Numbered from the stretch's first letter, positions 38,993 through 49,118 are shown. The stretch is DNA of 64,000 bases from an uncultured virus (IMG/VR IMGVR_UViG_3300009786_004548) (IMGVR_UViG_3300009786_004548), one strand, 5' to 3'. Notes: generated by a model not told the origin, from the sequence alone. Made by a program: numbers and translations.

Positions 38993-41191
38993 CTACGATT
39001 CCCCGTCATGCAACACTTCTGTGCATGTTGGCAATGCTAACACATCGGCAAAGCACTCCATTGTCGGCGTGGCAAGCCCAGACGACGTAAGTCCTTGCAG
39101 TGCAGGGATGTGTTTCCAGTTGTTCATGTGTTCATCCATTTCTTCGCTAAATAAGTCGATATCAAAACATTGAACTATTCCTCTAACGCATCCTGACAAA
39201 GAACTTGCGTGGCTCATCCTCCTTGCGGCGTCCTTTACACAATATTCATCACTAAATCTATTTGATTGATGCAGGTTCAATCCCTCAAACATTATTGAGC
39301 CATCTTCGTCAAAAATAAAATTCGTTGCCGTTCCTGCTTCATCGGCTGCTGTTTCTTCAATATTCAGAAGCATCATTGAATGTGGACTAAATCGTTCATA
39401 AATCGTTGAGTATTCAAGCATGCCCTTTAATGTTGATGTCTGTCGGGGGTGATCCAGCGATAAATTGGGTTTATGTTTGAACTTTGGCGCTTGTTTGAAA
39501 ACAATGAACTTGTGGATTACCATTTTACTCGAACCCTGCGAACCCTGATATTCATACCTATCCATATCATATGGGTGCATATTATCGTGTGTGTCTTGTA
39601 CATCTTTCCAACTATTGGAGAATCTTGGTTTATTGTTTTTTATGTTTTTAGTAATCTCCCGAACCGCTTCGGCGGCTTGGGGCGTTGTAACAAATGCTTG
39701 TGGATTTTTGTGGTCAAGATATGTAGCTTTCCAGAAGGCAGAGGCTATCAATGCGGAATCAAAATGTTCTATTGCGTGCTCAGTCTTATGGCTCGCTTCC
39801 AACGACAAACTCCCATAGGCGGAATTCAATGCGTGAAGCTGGGCAACTTCGTTGTCACTAGTTGTTGAGAGGTATGTAGACCACGCATCATCGTCAAGTC
39901 GGTCGATTGCAGGCCCTGATCCATCCATCATCAAGTTTGGATTTTTTTTACACACTCTGTCGATAATCTCATGCGTGCAACGAGTTCCTAATTCAATAGA
40001 ATGAAAACCTAGCAATTGAATCACGCTGTGTTCTATATCATCATGGCCATACGCTTCGTTAATTGCATATAGACCATCTTCGTACCTAGACTTAAAATCA
40101 TCCATTTTGCCATTCTTTTGTAACCATCTGTAGCAACCAATGGCATTGGTAGTTTCATAGCAGGCATCTAAAAACTTTTTGCATATATCCCTCCATGAAC
40201 TATTGCCTCGAACATAGGAAAAATGATTGATAGCAACATGAGCCGTGTTGCTCATCATTGGGTACAATACTTGTTCGTACCAATTCATATACTTAAAATT
40301 ATTGTTGCCGCAATAGTCTAAAAAAGCGTATTGAATTTTCCCCTTTAGGTCAGACCATACAAAACCATTTTCGTTGTAATCACATTTGCTGTTTTCTTTC
40401 AGTGTGTGGATAGACTTGTGCCAAAACCTCGGTGACTTGTCGAAACTAGGGACACTGTCGTAGCCCATTTCCTTAGTCGTGTTCTCAAGAATTAAGTCAA
40501 AGTTAGAGGACAGGATGTCCACTACCTTTATTTTTTCGCCATTTTCTTCAACACTACCGACTGACACAAGAACCAACTGAGTGTGTTTATCAATTAAACC
40601 CTCATTCCAAGCCTGAACTATGTCCATTAACTTGTCGTGAACTATGAACAAGCCAGCGTTAATGGCTTTAGTTATCGGTTTGCCATTGGCGTCAAGCCTG
40701 TGATAAGCATAACTCCTAGACTCCTTCTTTTCTTCGGAACTATAATCCTGAGTCAAAATCTCTATTGGATCTTCAGAAAACTCAATCGCCTCAATAGCTT
40801 CCTCAATAACATCCTGCTTATCGATGTTTTTTTTCATCGTGATTAAGCCATCATTAGCCGAACCGTTGTGGACTGTGAAATGCTCGCCCAATTCACTACA
40901 AGTTTTTTCTGAAGCTATCATTTTTTTTCTGACAACATCAAACTGTTTTCTGACAACATCAAGATTCGCTGGGCTGGGAATTGTTGAGTCATGCCGACGA
41001 TTTAAGGAAATTATTTTTGAAAAAACTTCTTTGGACTCCTCAAGTTGGTCGATAGTTGTTCCCAGTGTGTCCAATTCTCTGAGTGCTTGACGTATGTCGA
41101 TTAAAACATTGGAACGTTTAGACCTGTAAGTGCCGCCAATAGTATTGCCTGAATATTGATCGCTCATTTTATAATTCCTCCTTGCCTTCAT
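38993..41191 (-). CDS. Large hypothetical protein (732 aa)
   Basis: Long ORF with no motif recognised. Confidence 0.8.
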   Translation of the reverse strand: MKARRNYKMSDQYSGNTIGGTYRSKRSNVLIDIRQALRELDTLGTTIDQLEESKEVFSKIISLNRRHDSTIPSPANLDVVRKQFDVVRKKMIASEKTCSELGEHFTVHNGSANDGLITMKKNIDKQDVIEEAIEAIEFSEDPIEILTQDYSSEEKKESRSYAYHRLDANGKPITKAINAGLFIVHDKLMDIVQAWNEGLIDKHTQLVLVSVGSVEENGEKIKVVDILSSNFDLILENTTKEMGYDSVPSFDKSPRFWHKSIHTLKENSKCDYNENGFVWSDLKGKIQYAFLDYCGNNNFKYMNWYEQVLYPMMSNTAHVAINHFSYVRGNSSWRDICKKFLDACYETTNAIGCYRWLQKNGKMDDFKSRYEDGLYAINEAYGHDDIEHSVIQLLGFHSIELGTRCTHEIIDRVCKKNPNLMMDGSGPAIDRLDDDAWSTYLSTTSDNEVAQLHALNSAYGSLSLEASHKTEHAIEHFDSALIASAFWKATYLDHKNPQAFVTTPQAAEAVREITKNIKNNKPRFSNSWKDVQDTHDNMHPYDMDRYEYQGSQGSSKMVIHKFIVFKQAPKFKHKPNLSLDHPRQTSTLKGMLEYSTIYERFSPHSMMLLNIEETAADEAGTATNFIFDEDGSIMFEGLNLHQSNRFSDEYCVKDAARRMSHASSLSGCVRGIVQCFDIDLFSEEMDEHMNNWKHIPALQGLTSSGLATPTMECFADVLALPTCTEVLHDGES

Positions 41192-41711
41192 TGTGTGAGC
41201 GGAGTTCCAACCAACAATTTTCGATGATTGTTGACCCCATCAAAACTATGAATTTTGTTTGTTCAACTGTTAGTTCTACAAAGCGGTTCGACGACTCCTC
41301 ATAGCATTTTCCTTCGGCGTAACTCAATCTCAATTCTTCTGGACTAATATCATCATACATACCGGCCATTTGTGAAAAGTAGCTTGCCTTACACTCGATC
41401 TCGTCGTCCGACGATATCCACGGCTCACACTCAAGTGCAATATCCATCAATAATCTGTATAAGTTATTAAACTCATTAAGATATTTAGACGCTTCATAAG
41501 AGGCATCAATAGCGGAGGCAGCTTCCCATCTGCAAAATCCTTTGTCGTTCAGGCTGCCCAGCGCTTTGCCGAATTCGTTCCAAACAGTGTTCTGAGCTTC
41601 CTCATCATATGCCGACGAGACACACGGCTTCGACAAGGTACCAAGAAATGCTGATCGTAAGAAGAACTCATTGTACATTGTCCACGCTTCATCTTTATCT
41701 AAAATATTCAT
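41169..41711 (-). CDS. Acidic hypothetical protein
   Basis: 180 aa; AAGGAAG RBS. Confidence 0.7.
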   Translation of the reverse strand: MNILDKDEAWTMYNEFFLRSAFLGTLSKPCVSSAYDEEAQNTVWNEFGKALGSLNDKGFCRWEAASAIDASYEASKYLNEFNNLYRLLMDIALECEPWISSDDEIECKASYFSQMAGMYDDISPEELRLSYAEGKCYEESSNRFVELTVEQTKFIVLMGSTIIENCWLELRSHNEGKEEL

Positions 41712-41890
41712 TAAAATTCTTCCTTGATTTTAAGCCAGTCGTTTCAATAAACTCAACACAATATATCCGCTTATCAAAGTTCAATGTGGACTTAATAATG
41801 TATTATCCAACTTAATAACGTATTATTGGGTTTGACACCGCATTTCTCGACTTTTGCAATGATCACAAATAATGCTTTATTCGGAATCAA

Positions 41891-42421
41891 TCATTTAGTT
41901 TTACCAACCACGACACACCAAAAGGCGTCTCCCTGTCTGGTCTTGGCAAATCCCACACCAATTTCTTTGTAGTTTCCTAAAATAGTCTTCCTATGTCCGG
42001 TGCTGTTCATCCACCCCCTAACAATAATAACAGAATTAAAACGACCCGGACCAGAACGTGGTGCGCCATGAGCTATTATCTCGCCAACATAATCGTTGGC
42101 CTTGGGATTCGCTAAAACATCTACTTGTAAATAACCATACTTAACAGCCCGATTAATTGGATGCCAAGTAGACTTACTCCACACTTCCCGTGTATTAATT
42201 TTTGGCTTTTGTCCCTCAAGATGAACCATCCGATAATTATTTGCCATCCAATTCGCATGATGCTGGGCGGCGTGCGACAACTTGCTATTGGGAACAAAGG
42301 CAGAAAGATTAGATCTGTTGCGATAACTGTTGATCTGAGATATTGTCGCATTGCTAACATCCTGCGCTTGCGACACAGAAGCAAAAAAAAGAATGACCCA
42401 AACAATTAGCAATCTTCGCAT
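41891..42421 (-). CDS. Secreted CAP/SCP-domain protein
   Basis: IN.YR, AAQHHANWM, GEIIA, WMNSTGHR, IGVG. Confidence 0.9.
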   Translation of the reverse strand: MRRLLIVWVILFFASVSQAQDVSNATISQINSYRNRSNLSAFVPNSKLSHAAQHHANWMANNYRMVHLEGQKPKINTREVWSKSTWHPINRAVKYGYLQVDVLANPKANDYVGEIIAHGAPRSGPGRFNSVIIVRGWMNSTGHRKTILGNYKEIGVGFAKTRQGDAFWCVVVGKTK

Positions 42422-42474
42422 ATCAATTTCCTTTATTCCAATGATGTTCTCGACATCTTATTCATCTCCTTCAG

Positions 42475-43035
42475 CTAAAAATGGAAACGCTTGTCGCCAT
42501 TCAGTCTTTGTCGCCCAACATGCTTAATGGAAAAATCATCAGGCGCACTTTTGAAACTTTTCCTTAATTTACTTAAAGCTTTACCACACGTTTGACTAAT
42601 TGCGGCTCTGGTTACTCCCAACCGACGACCAATCGACGCAAACGTCTCCCCCTCAAGATAATGACTAACAATCACATCTTTGTTTCTTCCTTCTAAACCA
42701 GAAAGCAATTTCTTAATATCAACATTGTCCTCTTTAATAACTTTTCCTTCTAAATCATTAATTTCATCTATAACTAAAAAATGTTGATTGATTCTATTTC
42801 TTTTCCTGATGCCATTAATGATAGCATTGTTCATGCAACGATAAGCATATGTGGAAAACTTAGCTCCTAAATCAGGATTGTAATTTTCGTTGGCCTGTAT
42901 AAGTCCTATACAAGCATCGGAAAATTCATCACTATCTTTAACTGGCTGGCCGTTCTTTACATACCCATAGGCCACCTTGAGAGCTAATTTCAAATTAGAC
43001 TCAACACCAATGTTGTTTTCGGCGGGTAATATCAT
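42475..43035 (-). CDS. Small sigma-70-family factor, paralog 2
   Basis: EFSDACIGLIQA..NYNP..GAKFSTYAY; IGRRLGVTRAAISQ; start set to MILPA. Confidence 0.88.
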   Translation of the reverse strand: MILPAENNIGVESNLKLALKVAYGYVKNGQPVKDSDEFSDACIGLIQANENYNPDLGAKFSTYAYRCMNNAIINGIRKRNRINQHFLVIDEINDLEGKVIKEDNVDIKKLLSGLEGRNKDVIVSHYLEGETFASIGRRLGVTRAAISQTCGKALSKLRKSFKSAPDDFSIKHVGRQRLNGDKRFHF

Positions 43036-43218
43036 GCAATCGCTCTCTGCGCAAAAGTACAAGGCGGCGAAAGTGCCGTCCTGTGCTTCTTTCGAAATCC
43101 TTTTAAGGAAATCACGCCTTCATCGAGACAAATCCGCCACCATGCTCATCGATCTCTTCAAAACGAATCCAGCAGTCCTCCGCTGGCATCTTGAAAACAA
43201 AGTTTTTCAGACAATTAA

Positions 43219-43246
43219 ATGATACTTAATAATATCGTGTTGTAAA
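43219..43246 (-). promoter_or_regulatory. TTTACA-N16-TATCAT promoter
   Basis: Repeated motif upstream of the second sigma. Confidence 0.72.
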
Positions 43247-43247
43247 T

Positions 43248-43280
43248 AAAAAAAAATCCCCCGCCAACTGACGGGGGATT
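43248..43280 (-). terminator. Terminator after tRNA
   Basis: aatcccccg/cgggggatt stem plus T run. Confidence 0.85.
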
Positions 43281-43281
43281 A

Positions 43282-43354
43282 TGACCCCAACGGGACTCGA
43301 ACCCGTGTTACCGGCGTGAAAGGCCGGTGTCCTAGGCCGCTAGACGATGGGGCC
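43282..43354 (-). tRNA. tRNA-Glu(TTC), CCA not encoded
   Basis: GGCCCCA acceptor stem, CCGGC-CTTTCAC-GCCGG anticodon arm, GGTTCGAGT T-loop. Confidence 0.96.
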
Positions 43355-43389
43355 GCATTTTTATCCTAATAACACATAAATAATCTACC

Positions 43390-43971
43390 ATGCAACAATA
43401 TAAAATAAAACATTTATACCTATCTGTTATAATCTATTTCCTACTATTCATTACGGAATCAATCGCAGGCGAAGCAATAGTAGAAGATCATATTGAGGTC
43501 CCTGACAGCGTGGCAAAAATACATAAGATCCTCGAAAAAAACCGACTGCATATCATTCAAAGCAACGGTGTAAAGATTTTATGGCATAAAAAAGATAAAA
43601 TCCATGTTCAAAAAATAAAGAAAATTTTCACCTTTAGTCTTAAATGGAACTTCACTCTTAAAGAACATACAGAGATTAAAAAAAATGGAACAGTAATATA
43701 TTCTCTTGAATTATCGGATACTCAATGTCCTATAGAAAAACAATTAACAAAGATAACTATATCTCCAAACAAAAATGGATCTAAAATATCTGTATATCTT
43801 GAAACTTATGTAAACAGTAGATTTGCAACTAACAAAAAAGTTAAAGCAGATAATTTGAAATCTATAAAAGAAGCAATAAACAAAATCAAGCTACTTCTAA
43901 GAAGCAAAAAAGTTATATCTTCTCAAAAACACTCATCAACCCAAAAGCCCCAACTATCTTTTGCTTCATAA
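43390..43971 (+). CDS. Secreted hypothetical protein
   Basis: N-terminal hydrophobic signal. Confidence 0.6.
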   Translation: MQQYKIKHLYLSVIIYFLLFITESIAGEAIVEDHIEVPDSVAKIHKILEKNRLHIIQSNGVKILWHKKDKIHVQKIKKIFTFSLKWNFTLKEHTEIKKNGTVIYSLELSDTQCPIEKQLTKITISPNKNGSKISVYLETYVNSRFATNKKVKADNLKSIKEAINKIKLLLRSKKVISSQKHSSTQKPQLSFAS

Positions 43972-44578
43972 CCTTTAACCCAGAGTCATAAGCAAATCCC
44001 CTAAACTCAGACCGACTATACATTGAAACAAAATCTTCTTCTATCTTTTTCATAATTCTATTAAAAACAAATAAAGGTAAAATATTAAGATCAGAAATTA
44101 TAATTTTACCTCCAACCTTTAATACCCTTTTCATCTCCCTAACTGCGGCCAACGGATCAGGGAAATGGTGAAAAGCAGTTGTGCAAACAATATAGTCAAA
44201 TTTATCATCTTCAAATGTTGTATCATCAGCATAGGCATGGCGAATGTCAAATCTGTCTCCGAACTTAGCCTTGGCCTGCTTAACCATCTCTTTAGAAGCA
44301 TCTATACCATATAATTCAATATCCCTCTCATCATCTCCAAAAACCTTACGAATTTTATTGAAGGGAATCGAACGTGACATTAATTGAATAAAATGCCCAG
44401 TGCCACAAGCAAGATCTAAAATGCTGCCGCCCGCAACGTTTACTCGATTAAATTCATCATCCAACAAAACCTCCGACAAAACCTTCCTCTGAATGTATCT
44501 ATTCCACTTAACAATTAGGGACTGATCGTAAGTATCCGCCCAAGAATCAAAACGTTCATGCAAAACATAAGCCATCAT
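43913..44578 (-). CDS. Class I SAM methyltransferase (UbiE-like)
   Basis: LDLACGTG, FHHFPDP, RVLKVGG. Confidence 0.9.
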   Translation of the reverse strand: MMAYVLHERFDSWADTYDQSLIVKWNRYIQRKVLSEVLLDDEFNRVNVAGGSILDLACGTGHFIQLMSRSIPFNKIRKVFGDDERDIELYGIDASKEMVKQAKAKFGDRFDIRHAYADDTTFEDDKFDYIVCTTAFHHFPDPLAAVREMKRVLKVGGKIIISDLNILPLFVFNRIMKKIEEDFVSMYSRSEFRGFAYDSGLKVMKQKIVGAFGLMSVFEKI

Positions 44579-45087
44579 GCATCCTTAATTATTTCTTTTC
44601 TAAACAAATAACAATCCTGTGAATAATCTTCGTAATACTTTGGAAAAACTTCCACAGCCGAAAAACCTAACTTTTTAAGAAAATTTTGTGCGTGAAGATT
44701 GATATCCCTTAATCTAATTTCTATAAACTTTCTTTTGCCGAGATGTGCAATTTTTTCTTCCATCCTCTCAACCAACTTAGTGGCAATCCCCATTTTTCTA
44801 TACAAAGGATCTGTGACTAGCGTTAAAATATCATAGCAATTTTCAGATAGCTTATAAGCAATAAAAGCTACAACCTTGCCTTCTTTCTCAAAAACATTTC
44901 CAATTACATGACGTTGTCGCAATGAATCCAATATATCTCCCCTATTCCACATCGACTGGCCGTCATGAAGCTCCAGACGTGCTATGGAATCTAGATCAGT
45001 TTTGACGCACCATCTTATCCGATCATCACGACCGTTCCATGAATCCTTTTCTTTTGTTGCACCTAATTTGTTCATTTTTAAGCCCAC
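44575..45087 (-). CDS. RimI-like GNAT acetyltransferase
   Basis: YRKMGIATKL, N..AQNF.KKLGF, YY. Confidence 0.85.
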   Translation of the reverse strand: MGLKMNKLGATKEKDSWNGRDDRIRWCVKTDLDSIARLELHDGQSMWNRGDILDSLRQRHVIGNVFEKEGKVVAFIAYKLSENCYDILTLVTDPLYRKMGIATKLVERMEEKIAHLGKRKFIEIRLRDINLHAQNFLKKLGFSAVEVFPKYYEDYSQDCYLFRKEIIKDA

Positions 45088-45734
45088 AATGTTCCCACAG
45101 CCAAAAAATTATCTTCAGGATTCTTTTTGGCCGGTTTAACTAATATCTTTTTAACATCCTTAAACCCAGCATCTTTAAATGTATTCACCCATCCCTTGCG
45201 AGAAATTTGCGACGGAGCCATACGGTGGTCGCCAGCATAATGAGTTGTAACCATTTGTATTCTAAAATCAACAAAACCAAAAAAAAACCTTTTAATAGCT
45301 ACTTCTGTTTGCCTAACATATAAGTTGGAAAAAAGAGTTTTAGAAAAATTATTTTTTTCTATAGAATAATCCATCCCAGCCCGAAGTAAAATTGTAAATA
45401 AAGATCTTCTCAATTCACATTCTTTCCAAAAACAAGAAACGCTTACCCAAATTACACTATCCTTGTTAGTTTTGCTAAAAATTGATCTTTCCTTATAATG
45501 AATCCCCAACACCTTCTCAGCCTGAAGTATGAATGCAGCAACAGATTCGCCTTGCCCTTTTTTATGCACAAAATATATCCCATCTACACTATGAGAAAAT
45601 TTAACAGCAAACTGTTCACGGCACTTAACCCAAGAGATCTTTTCTCCGTCAACCGCATATGCCCCCGCCGTTAGGGACGCATATGGCGAATGAGAGGGAT
45701 CGAATTCTTTTTTTCTACCAAAGTTAATCAACAT
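45078..45734 (-). CDS. Hypothetical protein
   Basis: 218-aa ORF. Confidence 0.7.
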   Translation of the reverse strand: MLINFGRKKEFDPSHSPYASLTAGAYAVDGEKISWVKCREQFAVKFSHSVDGIYFVHKKGQGESVAAFILQAEKVLGIHYKERSIFSKTNKDSVIWVSVSCFWKECELRRSLFTILLRAGMDYSIEKNNFSKTLFSNLYVRQTEVAIKRFFFGFVDFRIQMVTTHYAGDHRMAPSQISRKGWVNTFKDAGFKDVKKILVKPAKKNPEDNFLAVGTLWA

Positions 45735-45784
45735 AATATAAGATTATAAAAAAAACAAAAACAAATCAATGCGAATATAATTCA

Positions 45785-45997
45785 TCATTTTGACTCAAGC
45801 CACTCGCCGCCGTCACTGGAATGTATTCTTATTTTGCCCGTTTTAGTTACATATACTTGAATCACAGATTTAGGAGTTTCAACACCCAAAGTCACCCAAC
45901 CCTTCTTTTCATCAGAAAACAGCCGTGTTACTTTTGCGGCCCCATACTTAAAACCATATTTAAGCTCCTTATATTCAATAAAATTGTCGTCTATCAT
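45785..45997 (-). CDS. Hypothetical protein
   Basis: AGGAG RBS. Confidence 0.6.
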   Translation of the reverse strand: MIDDNFIEYKELKYGFKYGAAKVTRLFSDEKKGWVTLGVETPKSVIQVYVTKTGKIRIHSSDGGEWLESK

Positions 45998-45998
45998 C

Positions 45999-46583
45999 TC
46001 ACGCTCCTGTGGTGGTACCGATTAACTTAGCCGCCCAATAAGAATAGTGCCTCACTTTACTCAACACCTGATTATCATAATTAGAATGAACTGAGGGGTA
46101 ATGATTCCTCAAATAAAGAAGCGACTTTTTATAAAGCCTCATCCTTTTTTCTTCGCTAACCAATGGATTTATTGTCTCAAAAAACAAATCATGCAAACCA
46201 TTTTTAGATGCCCACTCATCATAACAAAAAAGAAAAATACTCCATGCCATAAGTTGAACCTGCTGACTAGAAGTTATAGGAAAAAATCTATTGCCTTTAT
46301 TTAATTTGACCCAATAATCTTCATATTCGTCACTATGCAAATTAAATATTTTTATTGACTCGAAAAATCTATGCGCTCGGCAGCCGTTGTGAATAGGTCT
46401 AAAGTAATTAAAAACATACCTGCCCGGATGAAACTTCCCTTCTATCCATTCAAAAGAAATAAAGAAAACTTTATTCGGAGAAAAATTATCCGTTGGCCCC
46501 AAAAATATGCATCCTTTCTTAGCGTGTAAAGGAAGCAACGCATCAATGCCGTGTCTATTAAAATATTCTTCTTGAAGCCACAT
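45999..46583 (-). CDS. Hypothetical protein
   Basis: 194-aa ORF. Confidence 0.65.
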   Translation of the reverse strand: MWLQEEYFNRHGIDALLPLHAKKGCIFLGPTDNFSPNKVFFISFEWIEGKFHPGRYVFNYFRPIHNGCRAHRFFESIKIFNLHSDEYEDYWVKLNKGNRFFPITSSQQVQLMAWSIFLFCYDEWASKNGLHDLFFETINPLVSEEKRMRLYKKSLLYLRNHYPSVHSNYDNQVLSKVRHYSYWAAKLIGTTTGA

Positions 46584-46588
46584 TTTAT

Positions 46589-46777
46589 TTAATAGGTAGG
46601 GAAAATTCTAGGTTTATAGATTCCCCTAGAAAAAATATGAGAAGGACGAGTCAAACCATTGTCGGATTCTATTTGCGAAGGCCTCTGCATCTTATGGTAG
46701 CCCTCCATTTTTTTATCAGAAGAAAAAGATGGAGGACTTAAAATGATTGAAACTATAAAAAAAATTAGAACTTTCAC
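46589..46777 (-). CDS. Small secreted hypothetical protein
   Basis: Signal peptide; overlapping stop/start. Confidence 0.5.
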   Translation of the reverse strand: MKVLIFFIVSIILSPPSFSSDKKMEGYHKMQRPSQIESDNGLTRPSHIFSRGIYKPRIFPTY

Positions 46778-47028
46778 TCCAGCCAGCCCTTGGGAAAAAT
46801 AGATTGCATAAAATCAGACACATGCACCCACCTACACTTGTCCTCATGCCAAGCAATTGGAAAATCATTGGGCACCGTTTCTAAAATATCAAATAAATCG
46901 CCCGGAGATTTAGACCTCTCCAAGGATCTTAAAAACATTAATGGATGAACACCATCATATCTTTTTTTAAAACCATTTAAAAGATCACTATCATCATCTT
47001 TTAAAATCATTACTGATTCATTTTCCAT
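46774..47028 (-). CDS. Hypothetical protein
   Basis: Operon packing. Confidence 0.65.
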   Translation of the reverse strand: MENESVMILKDDDSDLLNGFKKRYDGVHPLMFLRSLERSKSPGDLFDILETVPNDFPIAWHEDKCRWVHVSDFMQSIFPKGWLE

Positions 47029-47261
47029 TTTCTATATAACCAACAAAATAGAACGCCGCCAACTACACCCATTATAATGCCAGAAGGCTGAAAAGGATCT
47101 CCGTGTCCAATGGACCAATTAACAAGACCACCGACATAACTTCCAGCGATGCCAATCCCTACGGTAGGCAAAAACCCAACCGGATCTTCCCCTGGATGCA
47201 ACGACTTAGCAACAAGACCAACAATAAGGCCGTATATGACCCATCCCAATATAGAAAGCAT
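47010..47261 (-). CDS. GlsB/YeaQ/YmgE family membrane protein
   Basis: GLIVGLVAK.L.PG, GIAGS.VGG. Confidence 0.88.
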   Translation of the reverse strand: MLSILGWVIYGLIVGLVAKSLHPGEDPVGFLPTVGIGIAGSYVGGLVNWSIGHGDPFQPSGIIMGVVGGVLFCWLYRKWKMNQ

Positions 47262-47322
47262 TTTGAACCTCCAGTAAATATTAAATTCTATAATTTATAT
47301 ATCACACATCCATACAAATACA

Positions 47323-48174
47323 TTATTGGGAAACAGCTTTTATGCCGAGATAAGAATCAGGAGTCTTATCATCAAAAACGTCTCTAGAGACATCATTCAT
47401 ATAAGTTTTAAAAGAAACATCAAAATCACTAAAACCATCAAATCCAAACACTTTAAGAGATTTTTCAATATCGCCACGACCTGCTTCTTCAATAAAAGAA
47501 AGAAATTTAACTTGTCCAAATTCTTTTCTTAACATCAAACAAAGCAAAACACTTTCATCATCAAACAATTGCTTGTGTTCCACACTCAATTTCTTATATT
47601 GCGACCTATTAATGTTGAAAATAGATTTTCCAAAATACATTGGTTTATCTTCTACTATGAAACCATTGACTCTCTTTGCTCCTGCTCTGATATCAGGCAA
47701 TGACTGAGCAAGCAGCGACATCCCCTTGCTGGCCCAAAAACATCCATAATCTTTTTTGGAATAAAAATGAGCCTCGGAAACTGCCACAGAAATAGGAACA
47801 TCAATAGAACTGCCGTCTATCAAACACCAAATTATCGCCTGTGTGCTTCCATCACCATTTTTTCTAATCTCTACTCGTGTTTCATCAATTCTAAACATCC
47901 TTTCAAACAGGCCCTTGTCTTTAACCACCATAATTTTGCACCTATTCTCGAATGCTGAGTTTTTTATACCCCACTTAGAAACTGCCGCTTCTTTGATGTT
48001 CTCAATATTGTTAAACAAATAATCTCCCTGATCTTTGTCAATACTTAATATGACAAAGTTATTAGTCGTCCAACGATTCCACTTTAAATCGGAATCAGGA
48101 GATTGAGCAAAAGAGGAATCGCAAACGCCAGCGATGGCAAAGAGAAAAGCAAAAACAAATATAAAGTTTTTCAT
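47323..48174 (-). CDS. Secreted hypothetical protein, possibly a degenerate zincin fold
   Basis: Signal peptide; no intact HExxH. Confidence 0.65.
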   Translation of the reverse strand: MKNFIFVFAFLFAIAGVCDSSFAQSPDSDLKWNRWTTNNFVILSIDKDQGDYLFNNIENIKEAAVSKWGIKNSAFENRCKIMVVKDKGLFERMFRIDETRVEIRKNGDGSTQAIIWCLIDGSSIDVPISVAVSEAHFYSKKDYGCFWASKGMSLLAQSLPDIRAGAKRVNGFIVEDKPMYFGKSIFNINRSQYKKLSVEHKQLFDDESVLLCLMLRKEFGQVKFLSFIEEAGRGDIEKSLKVFGFDGFSDFDVSFKTYMNDVSRDVFDDKTPDSYLGIKAVSQ

Positions 48175-48176
48175 AA

Positions 48177-49118
48177 TTAATGTTCCATAAAATTAAGAAA
48201 TTTAAAAGAAGACCTGTAGAGTCGATCACTTTTTCTTTTTACAGCCTGTTGCATTATCCTTTTAAGAAGCCAACTTTTAGTTTTAAACATACCCTTACTT
48301 AAAATATAAAACTTTTCTTTATGACTCAGTCCAAGGATATTAAGAGTTTCCGACAAAGAAACAGAAACCGTATTCGATGGCATATGCAACTTTTTTTTAC
48401 AATTATCAACAAAAGTAACAAAAAGTCTTATCCAATTAATAATATCGCTTTCATTCAATGTGCCTTCCGGCATGCGGAATTCAACAGTCTTCCTGTCAAT
48501 TAGACCTTGCAAAGACGATTCGTAGTTCACTAAATTAAGAGTAAACATCTTATAGAAATTATCATGAGCAGATAAGTTTCTTGGTTTATTGATAGTCCAG
48601 AAATAATCAGGAGAATATTCGTTTCTTTTATAATGTGCTTGCAATTTGTTAATTAATTGGCAAAATACCCCATCAACACGCCACGAAGGTACTGCGAAGG
48701 AAAGTGTATTTTCTATTTTAATCCAATATGCCAATAAAATAGCCATATCTCTCACGCTAAAATCTTCTACATTGACATGAACATGCAAACCACAATTTCT
48801 ATTAATTTTTGCCCCAGTTGTCACTTTCAGGGCAGATGCTGTTTTAGAAATATCTAATGCATCCAAATATCCAGAACCAACATATGATGCTATCTCCCAA
48901 CCAGCATCCTCTCCTATTCCGCAACTCGCATCACTCTTAACATGCCAATCACTATTGTTAATTGACTGATTCCAATCAAAAATTTTCACATCTTTACAAT
49001 GAGAACTTTTTATAATAGAGTGAGCTATCGAATCTGGGCAAACTTCACTCCCGACCTCGATCTCAACTCCAAAATTCCTATAGGAATTAAATCTAACAAA
49101 TTCAACTTCCTTAGTCAT
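48177..49118 (-). CDS. Putative amidoligase (COOH-NH2 ligase type 2)
   Basis: FGVEIE, DAS, WEIAS, CGLHVHV, TVEFR. Confidence 0.9.
   Translation of the reverse strand: MTKEVEFVRFNSYRNFGVEIEVGSEVCPDSIAHSIIKSSHCKDVKIFDWNQSINNSDWHVKSDASCGIGEDAGWEIASYVGSGYLDALDISKTASALKVTTGAKINRNCGLHVHVNVEDFSVRDMAILLAYWIKIENTLSFAVPSWRVDGVFCQLINKLQAHYKRNEYSPDYFWTINKPRNLSAHDNFYKMFTLNLVNYESSLQGLIDRKTVEFRMPEGTLNESDIINWIRLFVTFVDNCKKKLHMPSNTVSVSLSETLNILGLSHKEKFYILSKGMFKTKSWLLKRIMQQAVKRKSDRLYRSSFKFLNFMEH

Noticed and set aside
16178..42550. Diversity-generating retroelement TR/VR pair
   Set aside because: Only 51 bp, mismatches are not confined to adenines, and no reverse transcriptase is in the window
43282..43354. 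tRNA as an integration site
   Set aside because: No integrase and no duplicated tRNA 3' end seen
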